Shown here in pieces: positions 52,526 to 62,616 of a DNA stretch of 64,000 bases (positions are counted from its first letter, which is position 1; each line of letters starts with the position of its first letter). The position numbers and the translations under genes were made by a program. The stretch is from the sequence record PP886229. One strand, given 5' to 3'. This DNA comes from Escherichia phage vB_EcoM_E9. The notes below the pieces were generated by a model. That model did not search any database and was not told where the DNA came from. It saw only the letters and a list, made by a program, of their open reading frames with translations.

Positions 52526-53269
52526 ATGAGTAATATTATTGCATTTACTGGAAAGGCACGTTCTGGAAAAGACACCTCATGTTCTATTGTTAAGAATATC
52601 TTAGAAGATGAGTATGGCTACAATGTTGCAGTAATGGCATATGCAGACAACCTTAAGCTATCTGCATCAAAGATATTTGACCTGACTTGGAATGACCTAT
52701 ACGGTGAAACTAAAGAGACTCCACAGGTTTTTGATTTATCATACTCTGAACTAATGTTCAAAGTTACAGAAGCTATGGAGTTCACCTTCAGAGATGAACG
52801 TTACCATATGGACTTTAAGCTTATGTCGGAGTTAACCGGACGATTAATCATGGAACTTAAGAAGGTCGCTAAACCGACTCTATTGACACGTCTGGGGTTT
52901 AGTAAAAAGTATAAATTCTCATCAAGGCAAATTCAACAGATTTGGGGCACTGAAGTTATCCGTAAAGTTATGGGTGACAAATTCTGGGCTAAAGACCTCG
53001 AAACACGGATGGTTCGCTTCTTTGAATCTTGTTCACTAAGGAATCAAGAGGGTGTTGTTTTAATCAGTGACTTAAGGTTTGACTCTGAAGCTGAGTGGCT
53101 GAGTAGATTTGCACACCAAACTATTGAAGTAAAAAGAGACAATGTGGATAAGGTTTCATCACATGTTTCAGAAAATGGGATTTCTACCAAATATGCGCGT
53201 GACATTATCCATAATAATGGTACTCTTGAAGACCTTGAAAGCAAGCTAAGAGCTATCCTGAAAATTTAA
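52526..53269 (+). CDS. deoxynucleoside monophosphate kinase (T4 gp1-like)
   Basis: N-terminus MSNIIAFTGKARSGKDT resembles T4 dNMP kinase MKLIFLSGVKRSGKDT. Confidence 0.65.
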   Translation: MSNIIAFTGKARSGKDTSCSIVKNILEDEYGYNVAVMAYADNLKLSASKIFDLTWNDLYGETKETPQVFDLSYSELMFKVTEAMEFTFRDERYHMDFKLMSELTGRLIMELKKVAKPTLLTRLGFSKKYKFSSRQIQQIWGTEVIRKVMGDKFWAKDLETRMVRFFESCSLRNQEGVVLISDLRFDSEAEWLSRFAHQTIEVKRDNVDKVSSHVSENGISTKYARDIIHNNGTLEDLESKLRAILKI

Positions 53270-53277
53270 AATGGAGA

Positions 53278-53478
53278 ATGAAGATGAGAGTAAAAGATAA
53301 TTTTAAGGTTATTGACCATCGTTTAGTGGAACTCTCATCTCTTTCCAATGAGGTAATGATTGAACGTCTTAAGAGAGTTGAATCACGAAGGAAAGAGATT
53401 GCAGATGAGATTCATGAACTGGACAAGATTGAAAATGGATTGAAGGCAGAACTACAACGAAGAGGTGCTAATGTCTAA
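53278..53478 (+). CDS. hypothetical small coiled-coil protein
   Basis: 66 aa ORF. Confidence 0.4.
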   Translation: MKMRVKDNFKVIDHRLVELSSLSNEVMIERLKRVESRRKEIADEIHELDKIENGLKAELQRRGANV

Positions 53479-55456
53479 AGGTCGTAAATTGAAAGAGGCT
53501 GGTCAGTTTATTGGTCATTGTGCATGTCCACGTTGTGGTTCATCAGATGCTGGTTCAATCTACCATCATGACGATGATTCTTATTCGATGACTTGCTTTA
53601 GTTGTAACAAAGGTTTCCCAGAGTGGGATTTTGATAAAGGACAAATCGTGAGCACTTATTCTACCGGTTCAGATAATAAAAACCGTACTTTCCGTGGAAT
53701 GGATTTAGATGACGTAAAAGAAAACCTAGAAGCAATGGACTTGAAAGACAGGAAGATTCCTGCAAAAGTCCTTGAACGTTTGGGTATCAAGGTTGACATT
53801 GACAGTGATGGTGAAATTGACGCACATTTCTACCCAACTTACAAACGTAATGAAGATGGCAAGCTAGAACATGTTGGCTACCGTGTTCGTCACCGTTACC
53901 CAGAAGACCACCCAAAAGAACACCTACGTGGTAAGCTAAAAGACTTTTCAGGTGGTGTTGGAGATATTAAAGGCGAACTGGCAATGTTCGGTTCATGGAT
54001 TGCTCCAGAAGGTGGGAACAGACTGTTCATCTGGGAAGGTGAGATGGAATGTGCGACAGCTATCTACATGACTTCTTTGGCGATTAAAGATAAGTCTCGT
54101 CGTAAGAATTACTGTCACGTATCTGTTCCATCAGGTGCAAACATTAAGTCTATTAAGGACAACTATCAGTACATCACATCATTTGATGAGATTTACTTGT
54201 GCTTTGATAACGATGAAGCAGGTGCTAAAGCTACCAAAGAGGCTGCTGGTATCCTACCTATTGAGAAGGTTCGTTTGTTCCAGTATCCAGAAGGTGTAAA
54301 AGACCTTAACGAATGGTGGACAAAGTTCTATAAAGAGAAAGACACAGTTCTGGAAGGATTTAAACAGCGTATCTACAACGCACCTCGTTACTGCCCTGCT
54401 GGTATCAAGAACTTCGCAGATGGTTTTGAGGCAATGAAGAATCGTGGTCAGATTCCATTGATTCCTTTCCCAGAATCTTTCGGGGATTTGAATAGGTTGA
54501 CTTATGGTGGTTACGGTTTAGGTGAGATTACAACTCTGGCAGCACCATCTTCAGTAGGTAAATCAGCATACACCCGTGAAATGATTTACACTGCTTGGAA
54601 GGAAACCGATTACAATATTGGTGTAATTCCAGTTGAAGATACCTATGAAGAGTTGATGGAGATGCTATGTGCAATCCACCTGAGCAAGCAGATTTCTGAG
54701 ATTCCTTATGACGAACGTGATTGGGATGAATTAAAGGAAGCACACGCAGAACTATCTAAAGGTCGTCGTATCCACATCGTAGACCATCAAGGGGCAATTG
54801 ACCAAGATAACCTGCTGGAATTTGTTGACTATCTTGTTAACAGTTTAGACTGTAAGATTATTATTCTTGACCCTATTACGTTGGCTCTGTCACGTTCAGA
54901 TACGGATGAAGAGGAAGTTTTGTCTGAACTATTGCGTCGTTGCAAACGCTATCAGTATGCACAGGTTAACGTCTGTCACGTTCGTAAGAGTGCAGGTGGT
55001 CAGAAAGCCAACTCTGAAGGTGGAGATATCTCTGAAGAGGATATTAAGGGTTCTGGTGCATACTTCCAGATTTCCATGAACAACATTCTGTTAATGCGTA
55101 ACAAGGTTGACCCAGACCCTGTTAAGAAAAACTTGACAAAAATCAAGTTAACTAAGTGTCGTCGTCATGGTAAGTCAACAGGTATTGCTGGTCATACTTG
55201 GTACAATCCAGACACAGGACGTCTTATCAAAGCTTCTGGGTGTGGTGTTGACATTGATGGTGCAGCAGAAAATATTCGTCAACAGTTTGGTATTGGTGAA
55301 GCTGAAGACCATTATGATGACTCTTTACCTCATTATGAGGATGAAGTGTTTGACCGTGAGGCTGGTGAAGTTTATACTGAAGAACAGCGTCAAAGCTCAA
55401 CGATTCCACCTGTATTAAGTGAGGATGCAGATGACTGCCCGTTTGAAACTGAGTGA
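53465..55456 (+). CDS. bifunctional DNA primase-helicase (T7 gp4-like)
   Basis: N-terminal zinc ribbon CACPRCGS...CFSCNKG, TOPRIM-like region, Walker A LAAPSSVGKS, helicase motifs. Confidence 0.8.
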   Translation: MLMSKGRKLKEAGQFIGHCACPRCGSSDAGSIYHHDDDSYSMTCFSCNKGFPEWDFDKGQIVSTYSTGSDNKNRTFRGMDLDDVKENLEAMDLKDRKIPAKVLERLGIKVDIDSDGEIDAHFYPTYKRNEDGKLEHVGYRVRHRYPEDHPKEHLRGKLKDFSGGVGDIKGELAMFGSWIAPEGGNRLFIWEGEMECATAIYMTSLAIKDKSRRKNYCHVSVPSGANIKSIKDNYQYITSFDEIYLCFDNDEAGAKATKEAAGILPIEKVRLFQYPEGVKDLNEWWTKFYKEKDTVLEGFKQRIYNAPRYCPAGIKNFADGFEAMKNRGQIPLIPFPESFGDLNRLTYGGYGLGEITTLAAPSSVGKSAYTREMIYTAWKETDYNIGVIPVEDTYEELMEMLCAIHLSKQISEIPYDERDWDELKEAHAELSKGRRIHIVDHQGAIDQDNLLEFVDYLVNSLDCKIIILDPITLALSRSDTDEEEVLSELLRRCKRYQYAQVNVCHVRKSAGGQKANSEGGDISEEDIKGSGAYFQISMNNILLMRNKVDPDPVKKNLTKIKLTKCRRHGKSTGIAGHTWYNPDTGRLIKASGCGVDIDGAAENIRQQFGIGEAEDHYDDSLPHYEDEVFDREAGEVYTEEQRQSSTIPPVLSEDADDCPFETE

Positions 55457-55712
55457 TAGTTATAAAAGAGAGGGGTTCATACCCTTCTTTGAAGAAAAAA
55501 GTTTAAATAAATTTCAGGAAGAGTGTTTGACAAAGATTGATAGGTTCTATAGAATGCTCTACATGAAATGTGATGGAGGCGTTGAGGTAGAAGAAAAGTT
55601 CCATCACAGTATGATAACAGTCACTATTACTATACCTCGACATAATATTGGTTGGTTGTTTATAATTAAAGAAAATGTGTTTGAATATCAAGTATATCGG
55701 AGAATATCATGA
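55419..55712 (+). CDS. hypothetical protein
   Basis: 97 aa ORF overlapping the helicase 3' end; ATGA overlap with the next small ORF. Confidence 0.35.
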   Translation: MRMQMTARLKLSDSYKREGFIPFFEEKSLNKFQEECLTKIDRFYRMLYMKCDGGVEVEEKFHHSMITVTITIPRHNIGWLFIIKENVFEYQVYRRIS

Positions 55713-55858
55713 AACACTCTAAAGCATTTGAAAAAGTTTTTGGGGATTCCTTAAAAGCCACTGCTGGCAAACCAGCAAAATACTATGAAGAGAAGCGTGT
55801 AAGAACTGGAAAAACTGCACGTAAAGCAGCTTCTAAAGATAAGCACAACTTCCAGTAA
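55709..55858 (+). CDS. small basic protein (~49 aa)
   Basis: ATG at 55709 overlaps the upstream stop; below ORF-track cut-off. Confidence 0.3.
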   Translation: MKHSKAFEKVFGDSLKATAGKPAKYYEEKRVRTGKTARKAASKDKHNFQ

Positions 55859-55930
55859 TTAATGTTTGACAATAGAGTATCAACAAATTAGAATTGGTAC
55901 TCTTCATAAATTGAGATAGAGGTTTAAATA

Positions 55931-56788
55931 ATGTCTAAAGTTGTTAAAATGAAAGCTCCGGTAGAGAAGTACAATGGTACTGAACGTCAAACTCTGCGTT
56001 ACCTGCTGAAAGATGTCTGGTTTTATTACCTGAACACTTCACCACGTCCGGGAAAAGGTAAATCAATTGATAAGAAATTCCCAGGAAAAGACTGCAACTA
56101 CAGTGTTTCAATTCTGGCAGAAGATGGTAACAAGCTGTTTAAAGAGTTCACTAAGTCTAAGAAAAACCCAGAAGGTTGGGATAAAGTTACTACTGAAGCA
56201 GTTGATGCAGATGACTTCGAAGAGAAGTTTGGTTGCAAACCACCATTTGAAGCAGATACTTACTACATCTTGAAAGTAAGTCGCGCAGCAGCTTATAAGG
56301 ATGGTGCTGTGTGGACAGCTAAACAGTCATTCCCTGTAATGCTGATTGAAGAAGTAAATGGTAAACGTGTAGCTGTTAAACAGCCGATGAAGAAAATCAA
56401 AGCTCAAGCATCTGACAAACACGAAGATGACAAGAACTATGATGTAATCCATCCAGATATTGCAGTCGGTAACGGTTCTTTTGGTAGTGTGATTCTTTCT
56501 ACTCACTTCTACACTTTTGAAAACAATGTTCTGACAAAACCTATTCAGGAACAGTTTATCATTGATACTCTTGTACCTTACACTGGTGGTAACGGTGCTA
56601 ATGGCGAACCTGAACTGGATGAAGACGAACTGGCTATGCTTGGTCTTGACGGTGTCGAAGATAACGGTGAAATCACTGAAGAAGACGCAAAAGACCACAA
56701 ACCTTCGAATGATTCTGATGATGGTGACGATGAAGACTTGCCAGACCCAGATGACGAAGGAGATGAAGACTTCGATACAGAAGACTAA
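55931..56788 (+). CDS. single-stranded DNA-binding protein (T7 gp2.5-like) with acidic C-terminal tail
   Basis: 285 aa; C-terminus DDGDDEDLPDPDDEGDEDFDTED; located in the replisome cluster. Confidence 0.6.
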   Translation: MSKVVKMKAPVEKYNGTERQTLRYLLKDVWFYYLNTSPRPGKGKSIDKKFPGKDCNYSVSILAEDGNKLFKEFTKSKKNPEGWDKVTTEAVDADDFEEKFGCKPPFEADTYYILKVSRAAAYKDGAVWTAKQSFPVMLIEEVNGKRVAVKQPMKKIKAQASDKHEDDKNYDVIHPDIAVGNGSFGSVILSTHFYTFENNVLTKPIQEQFIIDTLVPYTGGNGANGEPELDEDELAMLGLDGVEDNGEITEEDAKDHKPSNDSDDGDDEDLPDPDDEGDEDFDTED

Positions 56789-56805
56789 TCTCTAAAAGTT
56801 ACTTT

Positions 56806-56835
56806 AAAGCCCTGTACTTAGTATGGGGCTTTTTC
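56806..56835 (+). terminator. Hairpin AAAGCCC...GGGGCTTT + TTTT after the SSB gene
   Basis: GC-rich stem followed by T-run. Confidence 0.5.
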
Positions 56836-56850
56836 ATATGGAGAGTCACA

Positions 56851-57891
56851 ATGGAGAAGTATACGCTAACAAAACTTCCCGATTCAGTTACACATGTCTT
56901 TATTGACTCTGATAGTATTGCCTATAAAGGTGCTTGTGTAGTTGAGAAAGCAAAATATAAATATGTCAATAAACTCACAGCAGAAGAATCTGAACCATTT
57001 GATAATGCAAAAGACGCTGCAAGATGGTTAGCAGACCAGAGAATCTTTGTGGAAGAACTTGGCCTGACATTTGATGAAGATGAATGGGAAAGACAGACTT
57101 GGAAAGAAGCTAAGAGTGAAAAAGAAGCTATCATGGCTACTCAGCAGGTTCTTCAGGAATGGCTTAAGGTTGTTGGTAAAGAAAGAACTTGGGTAGGTTA
57201 TCTAACAGAGAAGGGTGTACATAAACATAAAGACATTAAAGGTCTTGAGCACCAATATCAAGGTAACCGTAAAGAGGCTGTCACACCAACACACTTAGTC
57301 GCTTGTCGTGAATATCTTTTATCCAGACCAGAGTTCAAACTCTTAAAGGGTGGCTTCGAAGCAGACTCAATCGTAATTGCTAAAGCTGAAAAGATGGGTA
57401 AGAAGGCTGCTCTTATGAGTATTGACAAAGACCTTCGACAAGCTGAAGGGACTTATTGTATTGATATGACTTATGAAAAGTCACCACTAATTTTTATTGC
57501 TGACAATAATGTTGGTAATATCTGGGATTGTCCTATCAAATCAAAACCAAAAGCTGCAAAAACAGTTGGTGTAGGTTTTAAATTTTTGTGCTATCAGGCT
57601 GTTGCTGGAGACAATGCAGACAACTACTTCGGACTTAAAGGTGCTGGCAAAGTAGCTGTGATGAATGCTTTAGATGGTAAAGAGACATACAAAGAGTGTC
57701 TTGATGCTATCTATGAACTCTATGCTAAAAAAGACTCTTATACCTATGTGTCATGGGATGGACAGACCGTTACAAAGACACCGTTAGAGTTAATGGAACA
57801 GCATTTCTGGATAGCATATCAAGAGAGAAATCCAAAAGATAATTTCTCTTTTAAGAAATATAATTGGGAGCCGTGTATGAATGAAGATTAA
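56851..57891 (+). CDS. 5'-3' exonuclease / flap endonuclease (RNase H-like)
   Basis: 346 aa in the replisome cluster; N-terminal acidic VFIDSDSIAYKG. Confidence 0.55.
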   Translation: MEKYTLTKLPDSVTHVFIDSDSIAYKGACVVEKAKYKYVNKLTAEESEPFDNAKDAARWLADQRIFVEELGLTFDEDEWERQTWKEAKSEKEAIMATQQVLQEWLKVVGKERTWVGYLTEKGVHKHKDIKGLEHQYQGNRKEAVTPTHLVACREYLLSRPEFKLLKGGFEADSIVIAKAEKMGKKAALMSIDKDLRQAEGTYCIDMTYEKSPLIFIADNNVGNIWDCPIKSKPKAAKTVGVGFKFLCYQAVAGDNADNYFGLKGAGKVAVMNALDGKETYKECLDAIYELYAKKDSYTYVSWDGQTVTKTPLELMEQHFWIAYQERNPKDNFSFKKYNWEPCMNED

Positions 57892-58378
57892 AGGATTTGG
57901 CAATTGTCCTACCTATGGTCATTGGGTATCTTTATGTGGGGAAGTTGACCCCACTAAACATTTTGGTTTTGTCTATTTAGTACACTGTAAGAAAACCGGA
58001 CAATATTATATTGGAAAGAAACAGCTTAATAGCGTGACCAAAAGAAAAGTTGCTGGCAAGACTCGGAAGAAGGTAGTCACTAAGGAGAGTGATTGGATGA
58101 CTTATGAGACTTCTTCTGAGTATATTAAAAAAGATATTGAGAGCTTTGGAAAAGAATTTTTTGACTTTTACATTATCCAAACCTACTACACGAAAGGTGG
58201 TCTAGTTTATGGTGAAGCAAACCTCCAACATAAATTCGATGTAATGACAAAAAGGATTGACTCTAAGCTCAGACTCTTCTACAATGCCAATATTGCAGCA
58301 ATTAAGTTTATCACTAAAGAAACTTATGAAGATGCTGAAAAAAGAATCCATAAGGTAATGAAAGCAAATTGTGCTTGA
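57881..58378 (+). CDS. GIY-YIG domain nuclease (homing-endonuclease-like)
   Basis: N-terminal GFVYLVHCKKTGQYYIGKK matches the GIY-(x10)-YIG pattern. Confidence 0.6.
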   Translation: MKIKGFGNCPTYGHWVSLCGEVDPTKHFGFVYLVHCKKTGQYYIGKKQLNSVTKRKVAGKTRKKVVTKESDWMTYETSSEYIKKDIESFGKEFFDFYIIQTYYTKGGLVYGEANLQHKFDVMTKRIDSKLRLFYNANIAAIKFITKETYEDAEKRIHKVMKANCA

Positions 58379-58384
58379 TAACTA

Positions 58385-58630
58385 TTGAGAGAGAATAAAA
58401 TGTTTAACAAAAGTAAAGCTGTGAGTCATGTAGCAAAGGTTGACAGCAAGATTGAAGAACTTGAGCGCATTCTTGCAAATGCCAGAGAGTCAATAATTAA
58501 AGAAGTTGAAGCTGTTGAATCTCAAATGCAGCACCTAATGCTTAAACGTCAAGAGTTACGTGAGCATCTGGAATATATTGAAACACGAGAGCTAAAAGTT
58601 AACAGATTTTTAAGGAGTCCGAATGTTTAA
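58385..58630 (+). CDS. hypothetical coiled-coil protein
   Basis: 81 aa ORF. Confidence 0.45.
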   Translation: MRENKMFNKSKAVSHVAKVDSKIEELERILANARESIIKEVEAVESQMQHLMLKRQELREHLEYIETRELKVNRFLRSPNV

Positions 58631-59378
58631 CTCAAGAGAATCAGTAAAAAACTGGAATCTTCGTTGCGGAAACACCCAAAAGCAACCTTACAGTGATGAG
58701 TATTGGGAATCTTTGAAATCCCAGTCTCTGTGTATGCTTGAAGAAGCAAAAGAGCTTGTAAAAGCAATTGAAGAGAAAGACCCCATTGAGACACTGGATG
58801 CTCAGGCAGATTTGCAATATGTTCTTGACGGTCTAATTTATCTGTCACAACATGACCACAATGGCGCTATGGAAGCTGTTTGCCATAATAATGACCTGAA
58901 GTATACAGACGACTATGAAGAAGCTTTAAAGCGTCTTGCAGATGTTGAGAAGCGTACTGGTCAAGAGTGTATTATCAGAATGTCAGTGGTTGATGGTAAA
59001 GAGTGGTATGCGATTGTCCGTGCAGCCGATGGGAAGATTATGAAGCAATCAAATCTCCCTAAAGTTCAACTTGGTGAATACATTGTAGAACTTGAAAGCC
59101 AAGAACTTTTTGTGGTAGTATCTGAGACATGCGTTATCTGCAAAGGTATTGTAGGTAGCTTAAAGGATTTGGGTGTAGATGGTTTTGTAGAAGTTAATCC
59201 AATTACCTCTAAAGCAGATAAAGATTTCTGTAAAGAGAATGGACTATGGATTGCAGATATTGTCTACTACGATGGTGAGCAGTTCCATGTAACCTCATAC
59301 CCGAAACTGAATTATGATGCTAATAACCTGAAGTGCTGGTTAAAAGGGGTTGGTTATAATGGATTCACAGAACATTAA
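58623..59378 (+). CDS. hypothetical protein, possible MazG-like NTP pyrophosphohydrolase N-terminal domain
   Basis: Spaced acidic residues in EEAKELVKAIEEKDPIETLDAQADLQYVLDGL. Confidence 0.35.
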   Translation: MFNSRESVKNWNLRCGNTQKQPYSDEYWESLKSQSLCMLEEAKELVKAIEEKDPIETLDAQADLQYVLDGLIYLSQHDHNGAMEAVCHNNDLKYTDDYEEALKRLADVEKRTGQECIIRMSVVDGKEWYAIVRAADGKIMKQSNLPKVQLGEYIVELESQELFVVVSETCVICKGIVGSLKDLGVDGFVEVNPITSKADKDFCKENGLWIADIVYYDGEQFHVTSYPKLNYDANNLKCWLKGVGYNGFTEH

Positions 59379-59682
59379 TAAAGAAGGTGTGGCTCAGAAG
59401 AGCCACTTCTCAAACTACAATATTTCTATGACGGTGTTTATGAATGACCCGTTACTTGAGAAGTATGGTGAGACTCCAGATACACTTCTGGATAATGAAC
59501 AAGTTTTAAAAGCAGTCCTGTACAAATATGGGATTGATATTGAGAAAGAGTATTCCTTTGAAATCTGCCAACACAGAAATACTTTTGGTAAAGTTGTGAT
59601 GGCTCCACTCTTCATGGGTGTAGAAAGAACCGACTATGGTTGGTTATATCTAAAAAGAAACTTGGAGAAATACCGTGTCTAA
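59350..59682 (+). CDS. hypothetical protein
   Basis: 110 aa ORF. Confidence 0.45.
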   Translation: MVIMDSQNINKEGVAQKSHFSNYNISMTVFMNDPLLEKYGETPDTLLDNEQVLKAVLYKYGIDIEKEYSFEICQHRNTFGKVVMAPLFMGVERTDYGWLYLKRNLEKYRV

Positions 59683-60010
59683 AGCAAAAAAGTTATCTTA
59701 TGATGACATTATCTCAGGTACTAAGTTAGGTGTTGACAGTATCGGACAAGACGTTAAGCACGGTGACACAGTTATGTACTGTGACGACCGAAGAGGCAGA
59801 AGTGCAATCTTGTTTGGAAGAATTGTTTGCAAAATGCGAGGCAATTACGTTGTTGCAGACATGGATGTGAACGTTACACAAAAACTTGAAACAATTATGG
59901 ATACTAGTACACCATCATGGTTCCTGAATTGTATGCACACTTCTTCAGTCACAAAAGTAAGTGATAAGTTTTACGATATGTGGCAGAATGAGCAAATTTT
60001 CAAGATTTAA
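59675..60010 (+). CDS. hypothetical protein
   Basis: 111 aa ORF. Confidence 0.45.
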   Translation: MSKAKKLSYDDIISGTKLGVDSIGQDVKHGDTVMYCDDRRGRSAILFGRIVCKMRGNYVVADMDVNVTQKLETIMDTSTPSWFLNCMHTSSVTKVSDKFYDMWQNEQIFKI

Positions 60011-60015
60011 ACTAG

Positions 60016-60038
60016 GGAGCCTCTTCGGAGGCTCTTTT
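60016..60038 (+). terminator. Rho-independent terminator GGAGCCTC-TTCG-GAGGCTC + TTTT
   Basis: Perfect 8-bp stem with tetraloop and T-run. Confidence 0.65.
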
Positions 60039-60056
60039 CATCTGTAGGATTTAAAA

Positions 60057-62291
60057 ATGATTAAGACAATTAAAAAATCAAACGGTACAGTAGTAAACTT
60101 TGACCCAGAAAGACTGAATAAGTGGGCATCATGGGCAGACAAGCGTGGAATTATCTGGTCAGAAGTCACTATGGAAGCCATGAAGCGTGTCTATGAGGGT
60201 TGCACTACAAAAGAGATGCACCAAGCCATGATTGATGTTTGTGTTGATAAACAAACTCAAGAGTACTCAGATATGGCTGGACGGCTACTTCTAGGAATTA
60301 TCTACAAAGAAGCCTTTGGAGGCTTTACTAAGGTTCCTACGCTGGTTACCTTCGTTAAAAATATGGAGAGAGCAGGACTTTGGGAGAAGATGGACTATTC
60401 TCAGGAAGAGCTTGAATACCTGCAAGGGTACATTGTGCACTCAAAAGATATCTCTTACGGTTATGCAGTCCTGAAACAGTTTAGAGACAAGTATGGTATC
60501 CGTGATATTAAAACGGGAAGACTTTTTGAGTCACCGCAGTTTATGTTTATGGGTATGGCTATGAAAGCCTTCGAGAAGCAACCAAAGCACCGTAGACTGC
60601 AAGATGTTATCAAGCTGTACACTTACCTATCTGACCTGAAGATTAATGCTCCTACGCCTTATCTGAATGGTTTAAGAGCTACTAAATCAGGTTATGCGTC
60701 ATGCTGTTTGATTAAGGCAAATGATACTGCTGAATCACTTGGTATTGCTGCAAAGGTTGCTTATGATATGACTACAAAGCAAGCTGGTATTGGGATGCTG
60801 ATGGAGACTCGTACTATTGGTGATGGTATCCGTCAAAATACTATTGAGCACATGGGTAAACTACCTTATTACAAGCTTGTACGTTCATCTGTAGAGGCAA
60901 ACAAACAGAAGAGTCGTGGTGGTTCAGCTAACAACTTCTACACCGCTCTAGACCCGCAGATTGAAGATTTACTGCGTTTGAAGCACCCTACAACGGTTCC
61001 TTCGAAACGTATTAACGAGATGGACTACTCATTTGGTACAAATGATTATTTCTGGCAGTGTGTTCAATATGATACAGACTGGTTGCTATTCTCTTACAAG
61101 GATGCGCCAAAACTCTATGACATGTTCTACACAGCATCTGCTGATGAGTTTGCTATGGCAGTTGGTCACGCAGTACATTCAGGTGTTAAGCACAGACGAG
61201 TAAAGGCTCGTGAAATTGCTAAACTGTTTATCCAGCAGCGTTATGCAACAGGTCGTGTGTATCCATTCTTCACAAATAATGCAAACACACATACACCATT
61301 TAAAGAGCCTTTGAAGATGTCAAATCTTTGTATGGAAATTGTGTTGCCAGTGTACGGCTTTGAGAAAGAGACAGACCTTTACAGAGATGATGCTGTGAAA
61401 GAGGATGGTGAGGTAGCTCTTTGCTTCCTAGCTAGTTTGGTTGCAGGGAGAATTTCAGAAGATGAATACGCTGACGTTGCTTATTATGCTCTTGCAATGG
61501 TTGACTCCGTTATTGACCTTATGGATTATCCGTATCCGTCGATGCGTAACCATGTTCAGAAGCGTCGTTCTGTTGGTATTGGCCTTACAAATGTGGCTCA
61601 TTACCTTGCAAAAAATTACGTGAACTACTCTTCAAGAGCAGGTAAGACGAAGCTTCATGAGCTTGCTGAAATGCACTCTTACTACTTACACGAAGCTTCT
61701 TTAAGACTTGCTAAAGAACGTGGTGTACCTGAGTATATGCAGTTCACTAAGTATCCTGAAGGTTGGGTTCCTCCGAAGACAGCTAACAGGAAGATTGATG
61801 AGAAGCATGATGCAAAACTTCGTTATGATTGGGATGACTTAGCACAACGTATTAAAGAAAATGGTGGAATCCGTAACTCTGTATTAGAAGCTTACATGCC
61901 TAATGAGAGTTCTTCACTGGCAACTAATACGACAAACGGCTTGTACCCAATTCGTGACTTTATTTTAACTAAAAAGTCTGCAACTGGTAACGTACTGTTT
62001 ATTGTTCCAGATTACGAAGAGTTGAAGTATGTCTATGAAATTGCTTGGGATATTGATACCTTTGACCTGATTGATTGTTATGCAATTGTTCAAAAGTTCA
62101 CTGGTCAAGCTATCTCTTCAGATTTCTATGTTGACTACGCAAAAGCTAAGAAGGTATCATTGTCTCAAGCTTTGAAGTACATGATTTATGCCAACTCAGT
62201 AGGTATGAAAACCATGTATTACCTTAACAGTCGCATTGGTGTAGGTAAATCTGCACTGCAAGATGCTTATTGCGAGGGTTGTGGTGTTTAG
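60057..62291 (+). CDS. nrdA: ribonucleoside-diphosphate reductase, large (alpha) subunit, class Ia
   Basis: 744 aa; N-terminal ATP-cone-like region; active-site SNLCMEIVLP motif. Confidence 0.85.
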   Translation: MIKTIKKSNGTVVNFDPERLNKWASWADKRGIIWSEVTMEAMKRVYEGCTTKEMHQAMIDVCVDKQTQEYSDMAGRLLLGIIYKEAFGGFTKVPTLVTFVKNMERAGLWEKMDYSQEELEYLQGYIVHSKDISYGYAVLKQFRDKYGIRDIKTGRLFESPQFMFMGMAMKAFEKQPKHRRLQDVIKLYTYLSDLKINAPTPYLNGLRATKSGYASCCLIKANDTAESLGIAAKVAYDMTTKQAGIGMLMETRTIGDGIRQNTIEHMGKLPYYKLVRSSVEANKQKSRGGSANNFYTALDPQIEDLLRLKHPTTVPSKRINEMDYSFGTNDYFWQCVQYDTDWLLFSYKDAPKLYDMFYTASADEFAMAVGHAVHSGVKHRRVKAREIAKLFIQQRYATGRVYPFFTNNANTHTPFKEPLKMSNLCMEIVLPVYGFEKETDLYRDDAVKEDGEVALCFLASLVAGRISEDEYADVAYYALAMVDSVIDLMDYPYPSMRNHVQKRRSVGIGLTNVAHYLAKNYVNYSSRAGKTKLHELAEMHSYYLHEASLRLAKERGVPEYMQFTKYPEGWVPPKTANRKIDEKHDAKLRYDWDDLAQRIKENGGIRNSVLEAYMPNESSSLATNTTNGLYPIRDFILTKKSATGNVLFIVPDYEELKYVYEIAWDIDTFDLIDCYAIVQKFTGQAISSDFYVDYAKAKKVSLSQALKYMIYANSVGMKTMYYLNSRIGVGKSALQDAYCEGCGV

Positions 62292-62346
62292 TTTTAATAA
62301 CTATGAGGGTCGTAAAAGACCCTCTAAAATTAACTTTGGAGGGTCT

Positions 62347-62616
62347 ATGAAAGATTTAATCAGAGAAGCAAGAAAGCAATTTGACAGCCCTTTGTACTTA
62401 CTATATAAACCACGCAACACCCTGTACTACATTAACAACTCACCAATAATGGTTAAACAGCCAGATGGTTCTTGGTCTGAAGGACTTCATTATATTGATG
62501 TGAGAGATGGTAAAAATTATGTAAGGCCATTTGACCTGTTTAAAAAAGAAAAATGGGAAGTGCTTGGTAAGCCACAAGCCTTAGAGATGATAAAGAAAGG
62601 AGAAATCACACTATGA
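62347..62616 (+). CDS. small protein encoded between nrdA and nrdB
   Basis: ORF track 62263..62616 overlaps the nrdA 3' end; ATG at 62347 follows a GGAGGG RBS and a perfect hairpin. Confidence 0.4.
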   Translation: MKDLIREARKQFDSPLYLLYKPRNTLYYINNSPIMVKQPDGSWSEGLHYIDVRDGKNYVRPFDLFKKEKWEVLGKPQALEMIKKGEITL

